From assembly GCA_963823665.1 (NCBI GenBank), contig CAWGMQ010000006.1, forward strand, positions 1,664,001 through 1,728,000: a stretch of DNA of 64,000 bases, read 5' to 3'. The position numbers and the translations under genes are program-made. Position 1 is the first letter of the stretch; the number at the start of each line of letters is the position of its first letter. Shown one piece after another: positions 10,161 through 19,862 of the stretch. This DNA comes from an uncultured Planctomycetota bacterium (GTDB lineage Bacteria; Planctomycetota; Planctomycetia; Isosphaerales; Isosphaeraceae). The notes beneath the pieces were generated by a model that saw only the letters and a list, made by a program, of their open reading frames with translations, was not told the origin of the DNA and ran no database searches.

Positions 10161-10258
10161 GGCAAGCGTCACCGGCTTCGGACGATGGCCTTTCTCCGGT
10201 ACCCAGTGGACGCCCCGCCGTTCGCCGGGGCGTTCTCCGTCACCCTCACTGTGTCGAG

Positions 10259-11218
10259 ATGACCATGACACCGTCGCGCCTTGGACACCCCGACCTCGGT
10301 CTCGGCCTCGGTTTGCGGACCGTCCACTTCCCTTACATCCTTGAGCACTACCCGCCAGTAGACTGGTTCGAGATCATCTCCGAGAATTTCATGGACTCGG
10401 GCGGCCGACCGCGCTATGTCCTGGAGCAGATCGCCGAGCGCTACGCCGTGGTCATGCACGGCGTGTCGCTGTCGATCGGCAGCACCGATCCGCTTAACTT
10501 CGAGTACCTGACGAAGCTCAAACGCCTGGCGGACGCAGTGCAGCCGCGCTGGGTCTCCGATCACCTGTGCTGGACGGGCGTGGCCGGGCTGAATGCCCAC
10601 GATCTGCTGCCGATCCCGCTGAACGAACAGACGCTCGAGCACGTCGTCGCTCGTATCCGCGTCGTGCAGGACTTTCTGGCACGGCCGCTCGTGATTGAGA
10701 ACCCCAGCACTTACGTAACCTTTGCCGACTCGACCATGAGCGAATGGGAGTTTATCAGCCGCATGGCCGAGGAAACTGACTGCGGCCTGCTGCTGGACGT
10801 GAACAACGTCTATGTCTCGAGCGTCAACCACGACTTCGACCCCGCCGTTTACATCCGCTCGGTGCCGCACCGGCGGGTCGTGCAGTTCCACCTGGCGGGC
10901 CACACGAACTGCCAGACGCACTTGATCGACACTCATGATGGCCCCGTGATCGATCCTGTTTGGGAGTTGTACCGCCTCGCCCATCGCCTGACGGGCGGCG
11001 CCTCGACGCTCTTGGAATGGGACGCCAAGATTCCTCCGTTCCCGGTCGTCCACGCCGAGGTGAAGAAGGCCCGCGGTTACATGAGTGAGGCACTGGCGCC
11101 GCTGGCCGGCGTGGGCCGGCCGGTCGTGGCGTCGGCGTCGGCCGGCGTCTCGAACCCGGTGTCGTTCCTCGTCCCGGAGGTGAGCGGCGCCGACTCCGGG
11201 CCTGTGCGATCGTACTGA
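10259..11218 (+). CDS. DUF692 multinuclear non-heme iron oxidative enzyme (MNIO, BufB/HvfB-like)
   Basis: [51 protein letters not shown]. Confidence 0.95.
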   Translation: MTMTPSRLGHPDLGLGLGLRTVHFPYILEHYPPVDWFEIISENFMDSGGRPRYVLEQIAERYAVVMHGVSLSIGSTDPLNFEYLTKLKRLADAVQPRWVSDHLCWTGVAGLNAHDLLPIPLNEQTLEHVVARIRVVQDFLARPLVIENPSTYVTFADSTMSEWEFISRMAEETDCGLLLDVNNVYVSSVNHDFDPAVYIRSVPHRRVVQFHLAGHTNCQTHLIDTHDGPVIDPVWELYRLAHRLTGGASTLLEWDAKIPPFPVVHAEVKKARGYMSEALAPLAGVGRPVVASASAGVSNPVSFLVPEVSGADSGPVRSY

Positions 11219-11257
11219 GGCCCTTCTAGCGGCCTCACCTGACGGAGGACAAAAGAC

Positions 11258-11848
11258 ATGGCGGCGCTCGTCGCGAAGCTGGAAAAGTGGTATCTGACTG
11301 AGATCTGGGTGCTGGACCACGTCAAGCACGTCTTCCTGCTGATCCTGCGCCTGTATTTCGACTGGGGATTCATGTCCGCCGGCCTGGGGAAACTGCTCAA
11401 CGTCGAGACCCACACCGGATTCTTCCGTGATTCGGGCATCCCCTTGCCGATGCTCAACGTCTATCTGGCGGGGACCACCGAGACCGTTTGCGGCTTCCTG
11501 CTCTTGATCGGGGCGGCCTCCCGTATCATCACGATCCCATTATTGGGCACGATGTTCGTCGCCTACCTGACCGCCCACACCGAGCAGCTCTACGCGTTAT
11601 GGGGCAACACTCCGCTCTTCTTCAAGGCGCCTCCATTCCCATATCTGTACACCTGTTTATTAATACTTTTCTCCGGGCCCGGCTTCTTCTCTGTCGACGC
11701 CATCATCCACCGGCTCCTGGAAAAGCGAAACCCACGATCCCAATCTGCCGGCCCCCCCAACGGCGTCGACGGCAGCCGAGCATCCTCGGCCGCGCCGGTC
11801 TCGATGGGCCAGCACCCATCCACCTCTGCTTCACGAGGAAAACCATGA
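11258..11848 (+). CDS. DoxX family membrane protein
   Basis: LRLYFDWGFMSAGLGKL, TETVCGFLLLIG, GPGFFSVD. Confidence 0.88.
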   Translation: MAALVAKLEKWYLTEIWVLDHVKHVFLLILRLYFDWGFMSAGLGKLLNVETHTGFFRDSGIPLPMLNVYLAGTTETVCGFLLLIGAASRIITIPLLGTMFVAYLTAHTEQLYALWGNTPLFFKAPPFPYLYTCLLILFSGPGFFSVDAIIHRLLEKRNPRSQSAGPPNGVDGSRASSAAPVSMGQHPSTSASRGKP

Positions 11849-12327
11849 ACGACAACACTCTCGATCGGCGCGACCTGTGCCGGCTGGCACTCGCCGCCTT
11901 GGGCGGGTTGACCGCTGGTGCCTTGGTAGGCTGTGGAGGTGGCAAGACCGAGACGGCGTCGGCACCAGGCAGGGCGGAAAAGGGCCATAAGGACACGGCG
12001 GCCGACGCGACGCCCCCGCTGCTCCAGGACCCGCACGTCTGCCGGGGCATCAACACCTGCAAGAACAAAGGCAAGAAGGGAACGACCAACGACTGCGCCG
12101 GCCAGGCGCACTGCGCAACCGTGGCCGCCCACGACTGCAACGGCATGAACGACTGCGAGGGGCATGGCGGCTGCGGCCAACACCCGGGCGAAAACGAGTG
12201 CAAGGGCAAGGGCGGTTGCGAAGTCCCCTTGAGCGACAAGACCTGGCCCAAGGCACGCAAGCAATTCGAGGTGCTGATGACCAAGGCCGGAAAAACGGTC
12301 TGGGATCCGCCTCCGAAGAAAGGCTGA
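11845..12327 (+). CDS. Tat lipoprotein Cys-rich MNIO precursor 2 (paralog of 9717..10160)
   Basis: LDRRDL signal, lipobox LVGC; LLQDPHVCRG..CAGQAHC..PGENECKGKGGC..WPKARK aligns with precursor 1. Confidence 0.75.
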   Translation: MNDNTLDRRDLCRLALAALGGLTAGALVGCGGGKTETASAPGRAEKGHKDTAADATPPLLQDPHVCRGINTCKNKGKKGTTNDCAGQAHCATVAAHDCNGMNDCEGHGGCGQHPGENECKGKGGCEVPLSDKTWPKARKQFEVLMTKAGKTVWDPPPKKG

Positions 12328-12455
12328 GTTGCCGCCGCCTGTCCGGGAACGTAGTACGGCTCAATTCCCATTGGTTCCTGCAAGTCGGGTCAACCATGCC
12401 AGGGGATCGGCATGGGTTTGATGATCGACCTCGTGATCCCAACGGAGAATGATCG

Positions 12456-13832
12456 ATGTGGCACATCACCTGGAAACGTCGCCCCTCCCGCCGCGCCGCT
12501 GAGAGACGCCGCGTTCGCCTCTGCCTGGAGTGTCTGGAGGGGCGAGCGGTCCCGTCCGCACTGCACGCAGGCCCCTTTGCCAAGGGGCCAGGCGGTACCA
12601 CCAGGACTACCGTTTACACCGAAAGCAACAACCCGGCCGCGGGCCAGAATGCGGTGCTGGCCTTCCGTCAGAACGCCGACCGCACCCTCACGGAGATCGG
12701 CTCGTTCAACACCAAAGGCACCGGGCAGAACAACTTCCCGACTATCGTCCCTGGCCTCCCTCTCGGTGGGCTCAACCTCGGCGCCGACGATACTAGTTCA
12801 GAAGTAGTGGCCACAGGCGACGGCCGCTTCCTCTTCGCGGTCAATCAGGGCAGCGATTCCGTGAGCTCGTTGCGCATCAAGCCCAATGGCGGGCTGGCTT
12901 TGATCGGCGCGTTCGCTTCCGACGGGGTGCAGCCGGACAGCCTCGCCATCGCCGGCGATACGCTGTACGTATCCAATCGCGGCGATTCGACCACGGCTAG
13001 CCCCGCCGGCACGGTCGTGCCCAACATCACCGGCTTTCGCATCGGCGGCAACGGCGAGCTCAGGGCGATCCGCGGTACGACGGTGACGTTTCCCACGGGC
13101 ACCTCGCCCTCGCAAAACCTGATCACGCCCAATGGCAAACTTCTCTTCTCCGACGTCTTCGGAGTACCGGGCGGCACGGCTGCCGGGGACAACACCTTGG
13201 CCCCCTACCAGATCGAGCGCAACGGCGCCTTGCGGCTCGCCCCCGGCGGCAACGTCGGCACGCCGGCCGGTTCGAGCGCGCTGCTGCTGGGCGCCGCCTT
13301 CAACCCGGATCAGCCCATCATCTACGTCGGCATCCCCGGGCTTAACGAGGTGGCCGTCTTCACCTACGCCAGATCCGGCCAGCTCACCTACGTCGGCGCC
13401 GCGACTACCCCGCTGGGAGGTGGCGCGACCTGCTGGGACAGCACCAATGGTCGCTATCTCTACGTCACCGACACCGTCACGGATTCGGTCAGCGTCTTCT
13501 CGTTGGCCAACCCGCTGCAACCGGTGCAGATCCAGCAGTTCTCGCTGGCCGGCCCGGAAGCTCCGCCTGGTTCGCCGCCCGGCACGATCGAGAGCGACAC
13601 CTTCCAGGTCGCTCTGTCGCCGAACGGACAGACTCTGTACGTCGTCAACCATGATTTTGGCAGCGCGACCCTCGGTTTCGCGGATGGCAACCAGCTTCAC
13701 GTCCTGTCGGTGGCCGCCAACGGCATGCTAAGCGAGCCGAATGCGCCAGTCCTCTTGGACTCGGCTGGCGCCGTCCCCGGCGATGCCCTCGCGCAGGGCA
13801 TCGCGGTGGTCGTTGGCAGAGGTCCCGCGTGA
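12456..13832 (+). CDS. Lactonase-family beta-propeller with planctomycete LEPR-like N-terminus
   Basis: LECLEGRAVPS; blades FLFAVNQGSDSVS, LYVSNRG, LYVVN. Confidence 0.75.
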   Translation: MWHITWKRRPSRRAAERRRVRLCLECLEGRAVPSALHAGPFAKGPGGTTRTTVYTESNNPAAGQNAVLAFRQNADRTLTEIGSFNTKGTGQNNFPTIVPGLPLGGLNLGADDTSSEVVATGDGRFLFAVNQGSDSVSSLRIKPNGGLALIGAFASDGVQPDSLAIAGDTLYVSNRGDSTTASPAGTVVPNITGFRIGGNGELRAIRGTTVTFPTGTSPSQNLITPNGKLLFSDVFGVPGGTAAGDNTLAPYQIERNGALRLAPGGNVGTPAGSSALLLGAAFNPDQPIIYVGIPGLNEVAVFTYARSGQLTYVGAATTPLGGGATCWDSTNGRYLYVTDTVTDSVSVFSLANPLQPVQIQQFSLAGPEAPPGSPPGTIESDTFQVALSPNGQTLYVVNHDFGSATLGFADGNQLHVLSVAANGMLSEPNAPVLLDSAGAVPGDALAQGIAVVVGRGPA

Positions 13833-13978
13833 GGCGAGTGGGTCCCGCGTCGTGGCAGAACGGTTCTCTTTCTAGCCCGCAAGCGCAGGCAAGGGATCAT
13901 CCGGTCCTCGCTTTCGCTGCGGGCAGGTAGTGTTTTTTCCGCTGGTTCGTAGTCTCAAGAGCGAGCACTGGAGCAATC

Positions 13979-14875
13979 ATGACCAACGCGAACAATTCCT
14001 GGCGCGATCTCGGACAGATAGAGCGCTGGATGCAGGCCGCCATCATGCATCCGGTGGGCGTCGAGGAAGGCATCGCCTCCGCAGAGGCTCGGCGCCACAT
14101 CGACATCGGGCCCGACGAGGCGGAAACCGTCGTGACTCGCTCACGGGCGCTGACGGCCATGGATCGCCTGGCGATTTACGCCTACGCCTACTACGCCCGG
14201 CTGCTGGAGTGCATGCGCGAGGAGTTCCCCGTCTTGAAGCATGCCCTCGGAGAGGAGGTCTTCGATGCTTTTGCTGTCGGCTATTTGCAACATTACCCAT
14301 CGCGGAGTTACACCCTGTTCCAGCTCGCCGCGAACTTCCCCCAATACCTCGCTGAGACCCGCCCCGACGCGGACGGGGCCGACGGCTTGCCGGCGGACTG
14401 GCCGGACTTCGTCATTGACCTCGCCCGACTCGAGTTGACCTTCAATGAAGTCTTCGACGGGCCGGGGGTGGAGGGGGAGCGCCTCCTGGAGGCCGACCCG
14501 CTGCTGGCCATCACCCCTGAACGCCTGCTGGAATCGCGCCTCGTGGGTGTGCCGTGTTTGCGGCTGCTCGTCCTACGCTCCCCGGTCCATCGGTACTTCA
14601 CCGCGGTGCGCCGCCACGAGGACCCGGGCCCGCCCGAACCCGCCAAAACCTTTCTGGCGGTCACGCGCCGGCACTTCGTAGTGTGCCACTACGAACTCTC
14701 TCGCCCCGCCTACCAGCTCTTGCACGCTCTGCTCGAAGGTGCATCGGTGGGCCAGGCAATCAGCGGGGCGTTAAAGGAGGCCGGATCGGACCTCGAGCTC
14801 TTGCCGCCTCACCTTTGGACGTGGTTCCATGATTGGGCTGCCGAAGGATTCTTCCGGGCGGTGGAACTGGGATGA
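13979..14875 (+). CDS. DUF2063 family MNIO partner protein (BufC/HvfC-like)
   Basis: RLAIYAYAYYARL, FPVL..LGEEVF, YP.SYTL, DLARLE. Confidence 0.85.
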   Translation: MTNANNSWRDLGQIERWMQAAIMHPVGVEEGIASAEARRHIDIGPDEAETVVTRSRALTAMDRLAIYAYAYYARLLECMREEFPVLKHALGEEVFDAFAVGYLQHYPSRSYTLFQLAANFPQYLAETRPDADGADGLPADWPDFVIDLARLELTFNEVFDGPGVEGERLLEADPLLAITPERLLESRLVGVPCLRLLVLRSPVHRYFTAVRRHEDPGPPEPAKTFLAVTRRHFVVCHYELSRPAYQLLHALLEGASVGQAISGALKEAGSDLELLPPHLWTWFHDWAAEGFFRAVELG

Positions 14876-14915
14876 GGCGACGATCATGTCGTTTCCGTTT
14901 CAATGAGAGGTAGCC

Positions 14916-15122
14916 ATGACGCGAATCGCTTTGGTTCAGTTGCGGGTCAGCGCGGACAAGACGGGCGAACGTCGAGCGGGGCGTGCGGGCGCTTTAGACC
15001 GCCGCGGCGAACGGAGCAGAGCTCGTCTGCTTCCCCGAGCTGGCCTTCGAGCCGTTCTACCCGCAGCGCCGCGCAGAGCGCGGGTTCGAACAGCTTGCGG
15101 AGCCGGTGCACAGCCCCGCTAA
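14916..15122 (+). pseudogene. N-terminal fragment of a carbon-nitrogen hydrolase (nitrilase family)
   Basis: MTRIALVQ start, then with frameshifts GAELVCFPELAFEPFYPQ...LAEPV; truncated. Confidence 0.6.
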
Positions 15123-15130
15123 GCCGGGGG

Positions 15131-15160
15131 TGTAACCAAGTAAGTGCCAATCTCATCTAA
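15131..15160 (+). promoter_or_regulatory. Putative ECF promoter, motif A
   Basis: TGTAACC-N16-CATCTAA upstream of DUF1223-msrA. Confidence 0.55.
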
Positions 15161-15309
15161 CAGAATAGGGATCAACGCCAAGGCTTCCGCAGCAGTGGCA
15201 GCTCGCGTGGTCCCGGTGCTCAACGACTACCCGTGAGACTTCTATGGGCCCAAGTCCTTGATGCCTCTCGGGTTCGTTGTCTTGGTCAAGCTCTCGTAAG
15301 GATAAGACA

Positions 15310-16134
15310 ATGATGAGATGGGTCCTGCTCATCGCCATCGGGACTGCCGCGCTCGTGGGCGTGCCGCTATTCAAGAGGAGCGCGCTTTGCGGTCAAAGTG
15401 CGGACGAGAAGAAAGTACAACCAAAGAGCGACGCTGAAACAGCGACACCTTTTGCGCTGGTCGAGCTGTTCACGTCGGAGGGCTGTTCCAGTTGTCCGCC
15501 GGCCGACCTTCTGCTGGGAGAGATCGTGAAGGATGCGCTGACACGCCGGCGGCGCGTCTATTGCCTCTCCTTTCACGTCGATTACTGGAACGGGCTCGGC
15601 TGGCGCGATCCGTACAGCGACTCCGCCTTTTCGCGCCGGCAACAGGAATATGCCAGCGTGTTCAATTCGGATCATGTCTACACGCCTCAGATGGTTGTGA
15701 ACGGCAGCGCAGAATTTGTCGGCTCGGATCGCGCCCGCGCGCGTGATCGCATCGACGACGCCTTGAAGCAGCCGGTCCGCGCGAGCGTGAAACTCAGCGA
15801 AGTCGAGCAGAAAGACCCGAACTCCGTGCTACTCGGCTTCGAGGTCTCGCAGGCCCCGCCGGGCAGCGTCTTGAACGTCGCCTTGGTCGAGCGCGGACTT
15901 GTCAGCAGAGTCACGCGCGGCGAGAACGGCGGCCAAACGCTCCGCCATGAAAATGTCGTGCGTGCTTTCCAGACCACTCGTCTCGGTGAAGCCGGGAAGG
16001 GTACGGTGAAACTCAAGCTGCCGGCCAAGCTGGTTCTCAAGAACTCTTCGGCTGTCGCATACGTTCAGAAGATTGATGTTGGGACCGTGCTTGGCGCAAC
16101 GGCCATCGATCTCCAGCCGTCTATCAACCGCTAG
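15310..16134 (+). CDS. DUF1223 thioredoxin-fold protein
   Basis: VELFTSEGCSSCPPAD, FHVDYW, YTPQ, RGENGG. Confidence 0.9.
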   Translation: MMRWVLLIAIGTAALVGVPLFKRSALCGQSADEKKVQPKSDAETATPFALVELFTSEGCSSCPPADLLLGEIVKDALTRRRRVYCLSFHVDYWNGLGWRDPYSDSAFSRRQQEYASVFNSDHVYTPQMVVNGSAEFVGSDRARARDRIDDALKQPVRASVKLSEVEQKDPNSVLLGFEVSQAPPGSVLNVALVERGLVSRVTRGENGGQTLRHENVVRAFQTTRLGEAGKGTVKLKLPAKLVLKNSSAVAYVQKIDVGTVLGATAIDLQPSINR

Positions 16135-16173
16135 CCGCAGGGGATTTTCCTAACCTTTTCCTCGGGGTGCGTC

Positions 16174-16884
16174 ATGCGAACCAGATTTCAGTCACTCGCC
16201 GTTTCGGGTTTCCTGGTCGCTACGATTGTTGTCGGTTTGGCCGCGCGCTGGGGCGTCCTGGCGAAGAATCCCGATTTCACCAGACTCTCGAGGTCGCCGG
16301 CGGCTCCGTTGCCGACCGCGCCGCCGGCGTCCGGCTTGGAGCAGGCGACCTTTGGGGCCGGCTGTTTCTGGTCAACCCAGGTCGAGTTTCAGCAATTGAT
16401 CGGGGTGCATTCCACGGTTTGCGGGTACAGCGGCGGCGCCGTTGAGAATCCCACTTACGAACAGGTCTGCACCGGCACAACCGGACACGCCGAGGTCGTC
16501 CAGGTCACTTTCGACCCGAAGGTGATCTCCTACTCGGACTTGCTGGAAGTCTTCTGGCACACGCACGACCCGACCACCCTGAACCGCCAAGGCCACGACG
16601 TCGGGACGAATTACCGTTCGGTCATTTTCTACCACACTCTGAAGCAGCGGGAGGCGGCCGAGCTTTCCAAGCGGAAACTTGAGGCGTCGGCGGCATTCGG
16701 GGCGCCGATCGTCACGGCGATCGTACCGTTCTCGGCCTTCTATCCAGCGGAAGACTATCACCAGAACTACTACATGGATCATCCCGGTCAGCCGTACTGC
16801 GCCGCGGTCATCCGGCCGAAACTCGAGACGTTCGCGAAGACATTCGCGGACAAACTCAAGCCAGGTGCGGCAAAATCCCGCTGA
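16174..16884 (+). CDS. msrA: Peptide-methionine (S)-S-oxide reductase, exported
   Basis: GCFW, GYSGG, TGHAEVV, HDPT, AEDYHQNYY, PYC. Confidence 0.93.
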   Translation: MRTRFQSLAVSGFLVATIVVGLAARWGVLAKNPDFTRLSRSPAAPLPTAPPASGLEQATFGAGCFWSTQVEFQQLIGVHSTVCGYSGGAVENPTYEQVCTGTTGHAEVVQVTFDPKVISYSDLLEVFWHTHDPTTLNRQGHDVGTNYRSVIFYHTLKQREAAELSKRKLEASAAFGAPIVTAIVPFSAFYPAEDYHQNYYMDHPGQPYCAAVIRPKLETFAKTFADKLKPGAAKSR

Positions 16885-17199
16885 GCGAAAAGCCCCGGCC
16901 GAAGGCCCGCATGCGCTCCGAGGACTGGACGTCCTGAGTGTCGGGGCGGACGGTCGGTTGATCGAGGTGCCCTCATCGCCTAGAATTCCTCCCGTGCGCT
17001 CCATGACCCGACCGCGGGGCGTGCGGGCCCTTTGCGCGGATGAGAGCTGCCCAGGGGCGGCTCGGGCGCGTCTCGCGACACTCGCGAGGCGGGTCGATCG
17101 CGCACCGCCGAACCGGGGCCGGCCGTTCGAGGCATTCGCCCCAGGCCGAGTCGCGGGTTTGGTGGACGTGGGTGGAAACGAAAACCTTGAGAACACCTG

Positions 17200-17922
17200 A
17201 TGAGCGGAATTCGACCGATGGCACATTACTCTTTTGTCCCTTACAACATGGAATTATTGTCGGAACAAGAGATGATTGCTCGAGGACAGGATCTTTTTCG
17301 AGAGATGTCCAGCCGCCGCAGCGTTCGACATTTCTCGTCGAAGCCGGTACCACGGGAGTGCATTGAACTGGCGATCCGAATTGCGGCGACGGCACCCTCG
17401 GGGGCCCATCGCCAGCCTTGGCGCTTCGTCGCGGTGAGCGACGACGACATCAAGCGCAAGATCCGCGAGGCGGCTGAGACAGAAGAGCGCATATCTTACG
17501 AGGGTGGCCGAATGCCGGCGGAATGGTTGCAGGCGCTGGCTCCGCTGGGCACCAATTGGCACAAGCCGTTCCTTGACACCGTTCCGTGGATCGTGGTGGT
17601 GTTCGAGGAAATTTACCAGGTTGGTCCTGAGCGCCAGCGTCTCAAGAGCTACTATGCCAAGGAGAGCGTGGGCATTGCCTGCGGGCTGTTCATCGTCGCT
17701 CTGCATCGGATGGGCCTGGCAACTCTCACGCACACACCCAGCCCCATGGCGTTCCTCTCAAAGATCCTTGGTCGACCGGCGAACGAACGGCCGTTCATCC
17801 TTTTCCCGGTAGGCTATCCCGCGGATGATGCCACCGTGCCAGACCTCACGCGGAAATCGCTCGACGAGGTGGCAGTTTGGGCGCTGGGAAAATCGCGACC
17901 AGCGCGGTCAACTCACGACTGA
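17200..17922 (+). CDS. Nitroreductase family protein (iodotyrosine deiodinase-like)
   Basis: RRSVRHF, APSGAHRQPW, ESVGIACG, LTHTPSPM. Confidence 0.88.
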   Translation: MSGIRPMAHYSFVPYNMELLSEQEMIARGQDLFREMSSRRSVRHFSSKPVPRECIELAIRIAATAPSGAHRQPWRFVAVSDDDIKRKIREAAETEERISYEGGRMPAEWLQALAPLGTNWHKPFLDTVPWIVVVFEEIYQVGPERQRLKSYYAKESVGIACGLFIVALHRMGLATLTHTPSPMAFLSKILGRPANERPFILFPVGYPADDATVPDLTRKSLDEVAVWALGKSRPARSTHD

Positions 17923-18158
17923 GGCTGCTCGAGCCCTTCGAGGGCTTTGAGGAGCAGCGAATACTCCTCGAGGCACTCGCCGCAAATCTGCAAGTGGTGC
18001 CGGACGAGGTCATGCGCTTCTTGGACCGGCAGCCCCGTGAGGGCCCGCTCGGCGAAAACGCCCATTTCCCCCAGGCACTCGTCGCAGGTCAGCTCTTGAT
18101 CCCGCGTGTTGCTGACGGCTTGCAGAAGCGCGCGGACTTGATCGTCTGATAGGTTCAT
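17913..18158 (-). CDS. Zinc-finger anti-sigma factor
   Basis: TCDEC ... HLQICGEC; downstream of an ECF sigma. Confidence 0.75.
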   Translation of the reverse strand: MNLSDDQVRALLQAVSNTRDQELTCDECLGEMGVFAERALTGLPVQEAHDLVRHHLQICGECLEEYSLLLKALEGLEQPQS

Positions 18159-18174
18159 GGCAATAGCCTCTTTT

Positions 18175-18785
18175 TCAATCCTTCCACGCTTCAAGCCAGC
18201 TTTCCGCATCAAATCCTGCGGCTTCGAGCCCTGCTCGGAGTTTGCGGCGGGCGTCGTGCGTTAGTTTGTATACAGCATTGCGGTTGCTGCCGAGCTGCCG
18301 GGCGATCTCGTCCTGGGGCATCCCGTTCAGTTCGGCGGTCAGGGCAAGCCATTGCTTGCCGGTGAGCTGCTCGGCGATGACCCGATGCATCGCGGCCAGC
18401 AACTCCGAGCGGAGCGACGCACGCTCCGGCCCCGGGGACCGGTCGGTCACGTCAATGGCCGGGGCGCCGCTTTCCTCCTTGAATCGGTCCAGCGACACGC
18501 CGTGCCACAACTGCTTCCGCATCGCGGTCAGCGCCTCGCGCACGGCGATGGCCATGGCCCAACTGAGGAATCGACTGCGCCCGCGAACGTGTCCAGGCGC
18601 TCAAGCACTTTCAGAAGCGCCTCTTGTACGGCGTCCTCGAAGAGTGCATCGCGCCCACCCGCCCGCCCCGCCAGCGCGGCCCGCAGGCCGCGCAACAGAA
18701 AGACGCGCAGATCGACCAGCACCGCCTCGCGCCGCGCACCGAGCTGCCTCAGCTCCTCAATCCAGACCTCATTCGCGCGATCCAT
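18175..18785 (-). CDS. ECF sigma factor, frameshift near 18580
   Basis: EDAVQEALLKVL..LDTF then WAMAIAVREAL, NAVYKLTHDARRKL across ORFs 18528..18872 and 18175..18555. Confidence 0.82.
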
Positions 18786-19089
18786 TTGGGGTGTCCGTTG
18801 GCCAGGTCGAGCCGCTTGCCAACCGCAAGCGATCCGTAGCACCGCCGGGAGATCGAGCAACGTGGCGTCCACATCCTAGTTGGTCAACAGGTCGAGACGG
18901 ACGTCGACGACAAGCTCGGCCCGCTGGCTCAGAGTATAGCTGGCCCGCTTTAACCGGACCAGCCGTCCGTCGCTCATGCCAAGCCAAAAAGTCATTCTCC
19001 TGTCGCGTTGCCGGTCCGGTGCTAGAAGCATCTGCTTCCAGGCGCAAAGTCCAGCCAGCGGCGTTCAAAAGACCTCGTGCGCACCCCCG

Positions 19090-19413
19090 TCAGCGAAGGT
19101 GCGGACCGAGCGCCCCCAGGAGGCGACTTTTCGGCACGACTCCCGAGAACTGTTGCAGGACTTCACCCCCGAGGATGACGGCGAAGCTGGGGATCGATGT
19201 GACGCCGTACCGAACGGCCGTGGCGCTCGCCTCGTCAACGTTCACCTTGATGACGCGGGCGCGCTCTCCAAGCTCCGCGGAAACCTCATCGACGATTCGG
19301 GACATTAAGCGGCACGGGCCGCACCACGGGGCCCAGAAGTCAACGAGGATCGGAACGTCCGACTGAAGAACTTCCGCGCCAAACGTGCGATCATTGAGAT
19401 TCAGGGTAGACAT
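19090..19413 (-). CDS. trxA: Thioredoxin
   Basis: LVDFWAPWCGPC, SIP. Confidence 0.92.
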   Translation of the reverse strand: MSTLNLNDRTFGAEVLQSDVPILVDFWAPWCGPCRLMSRIVDEVSAELGERARVIKVNVDEASATAVRYGVTSIPSFAVILGGEVLQQFSGVVPKSRLLGALGPHLR

Positions 19414-19643
19414 AGTTATATTCTTTCAAGTTGGGGTCGAGAATCAGTCACAGGAAATCGTCTTGCCGAGAGCAGCGCCCACCCTCAGTCGTTGGAGCCG
19501 ATCTGATGGTGCGCCTCTCGGCCTCTGTCCGGCCTGGGATCCTTCACCAAGCCGTAAGTCTGCCGCCCCTCGTGCTCTTCAGGAAGGTACGTTCGTTATC
19601 GGGGCCGCCGTTCATCGTTTGTACTAGCGTTCGGCCTCGATAC

Positions 19644-19753
19644 CTTGAGGACGACGCTGGCCTCCGATCTCTTACCCCAAAGGAGCAAGATTTGGACGGA
19701 TGCGTTTTCTGAGTCGTTGGAGGTAAGAACCGCTACGGCCACAACGTCTCAAG
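19644..19753. promoter_or_regulatory. Divergent pair of putative ECF promoters, motif B (GGTAAGA-N16-CGTC)
   Basis: Plus 19722-19748 and minus 19676-19650, same spacing; both followed by (C)TCAAG. Confidence 0.55.
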
Positions 19754-19862
19754 AGTAGGCGCCGTCCGTGGCTGTGAGCTTCGGCTGATCATTCTCCGTC
19801 GGGCAGCTCGCACGGGGCTGGGAATACTTGCTTCAGAAGGTACATCACGAAAGGAAAAGACC

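Noticed and set aside
9717..12327. Selenocysteine within the MNIO precursors
   Set aside because: Both reading frames are open with no internal TGA
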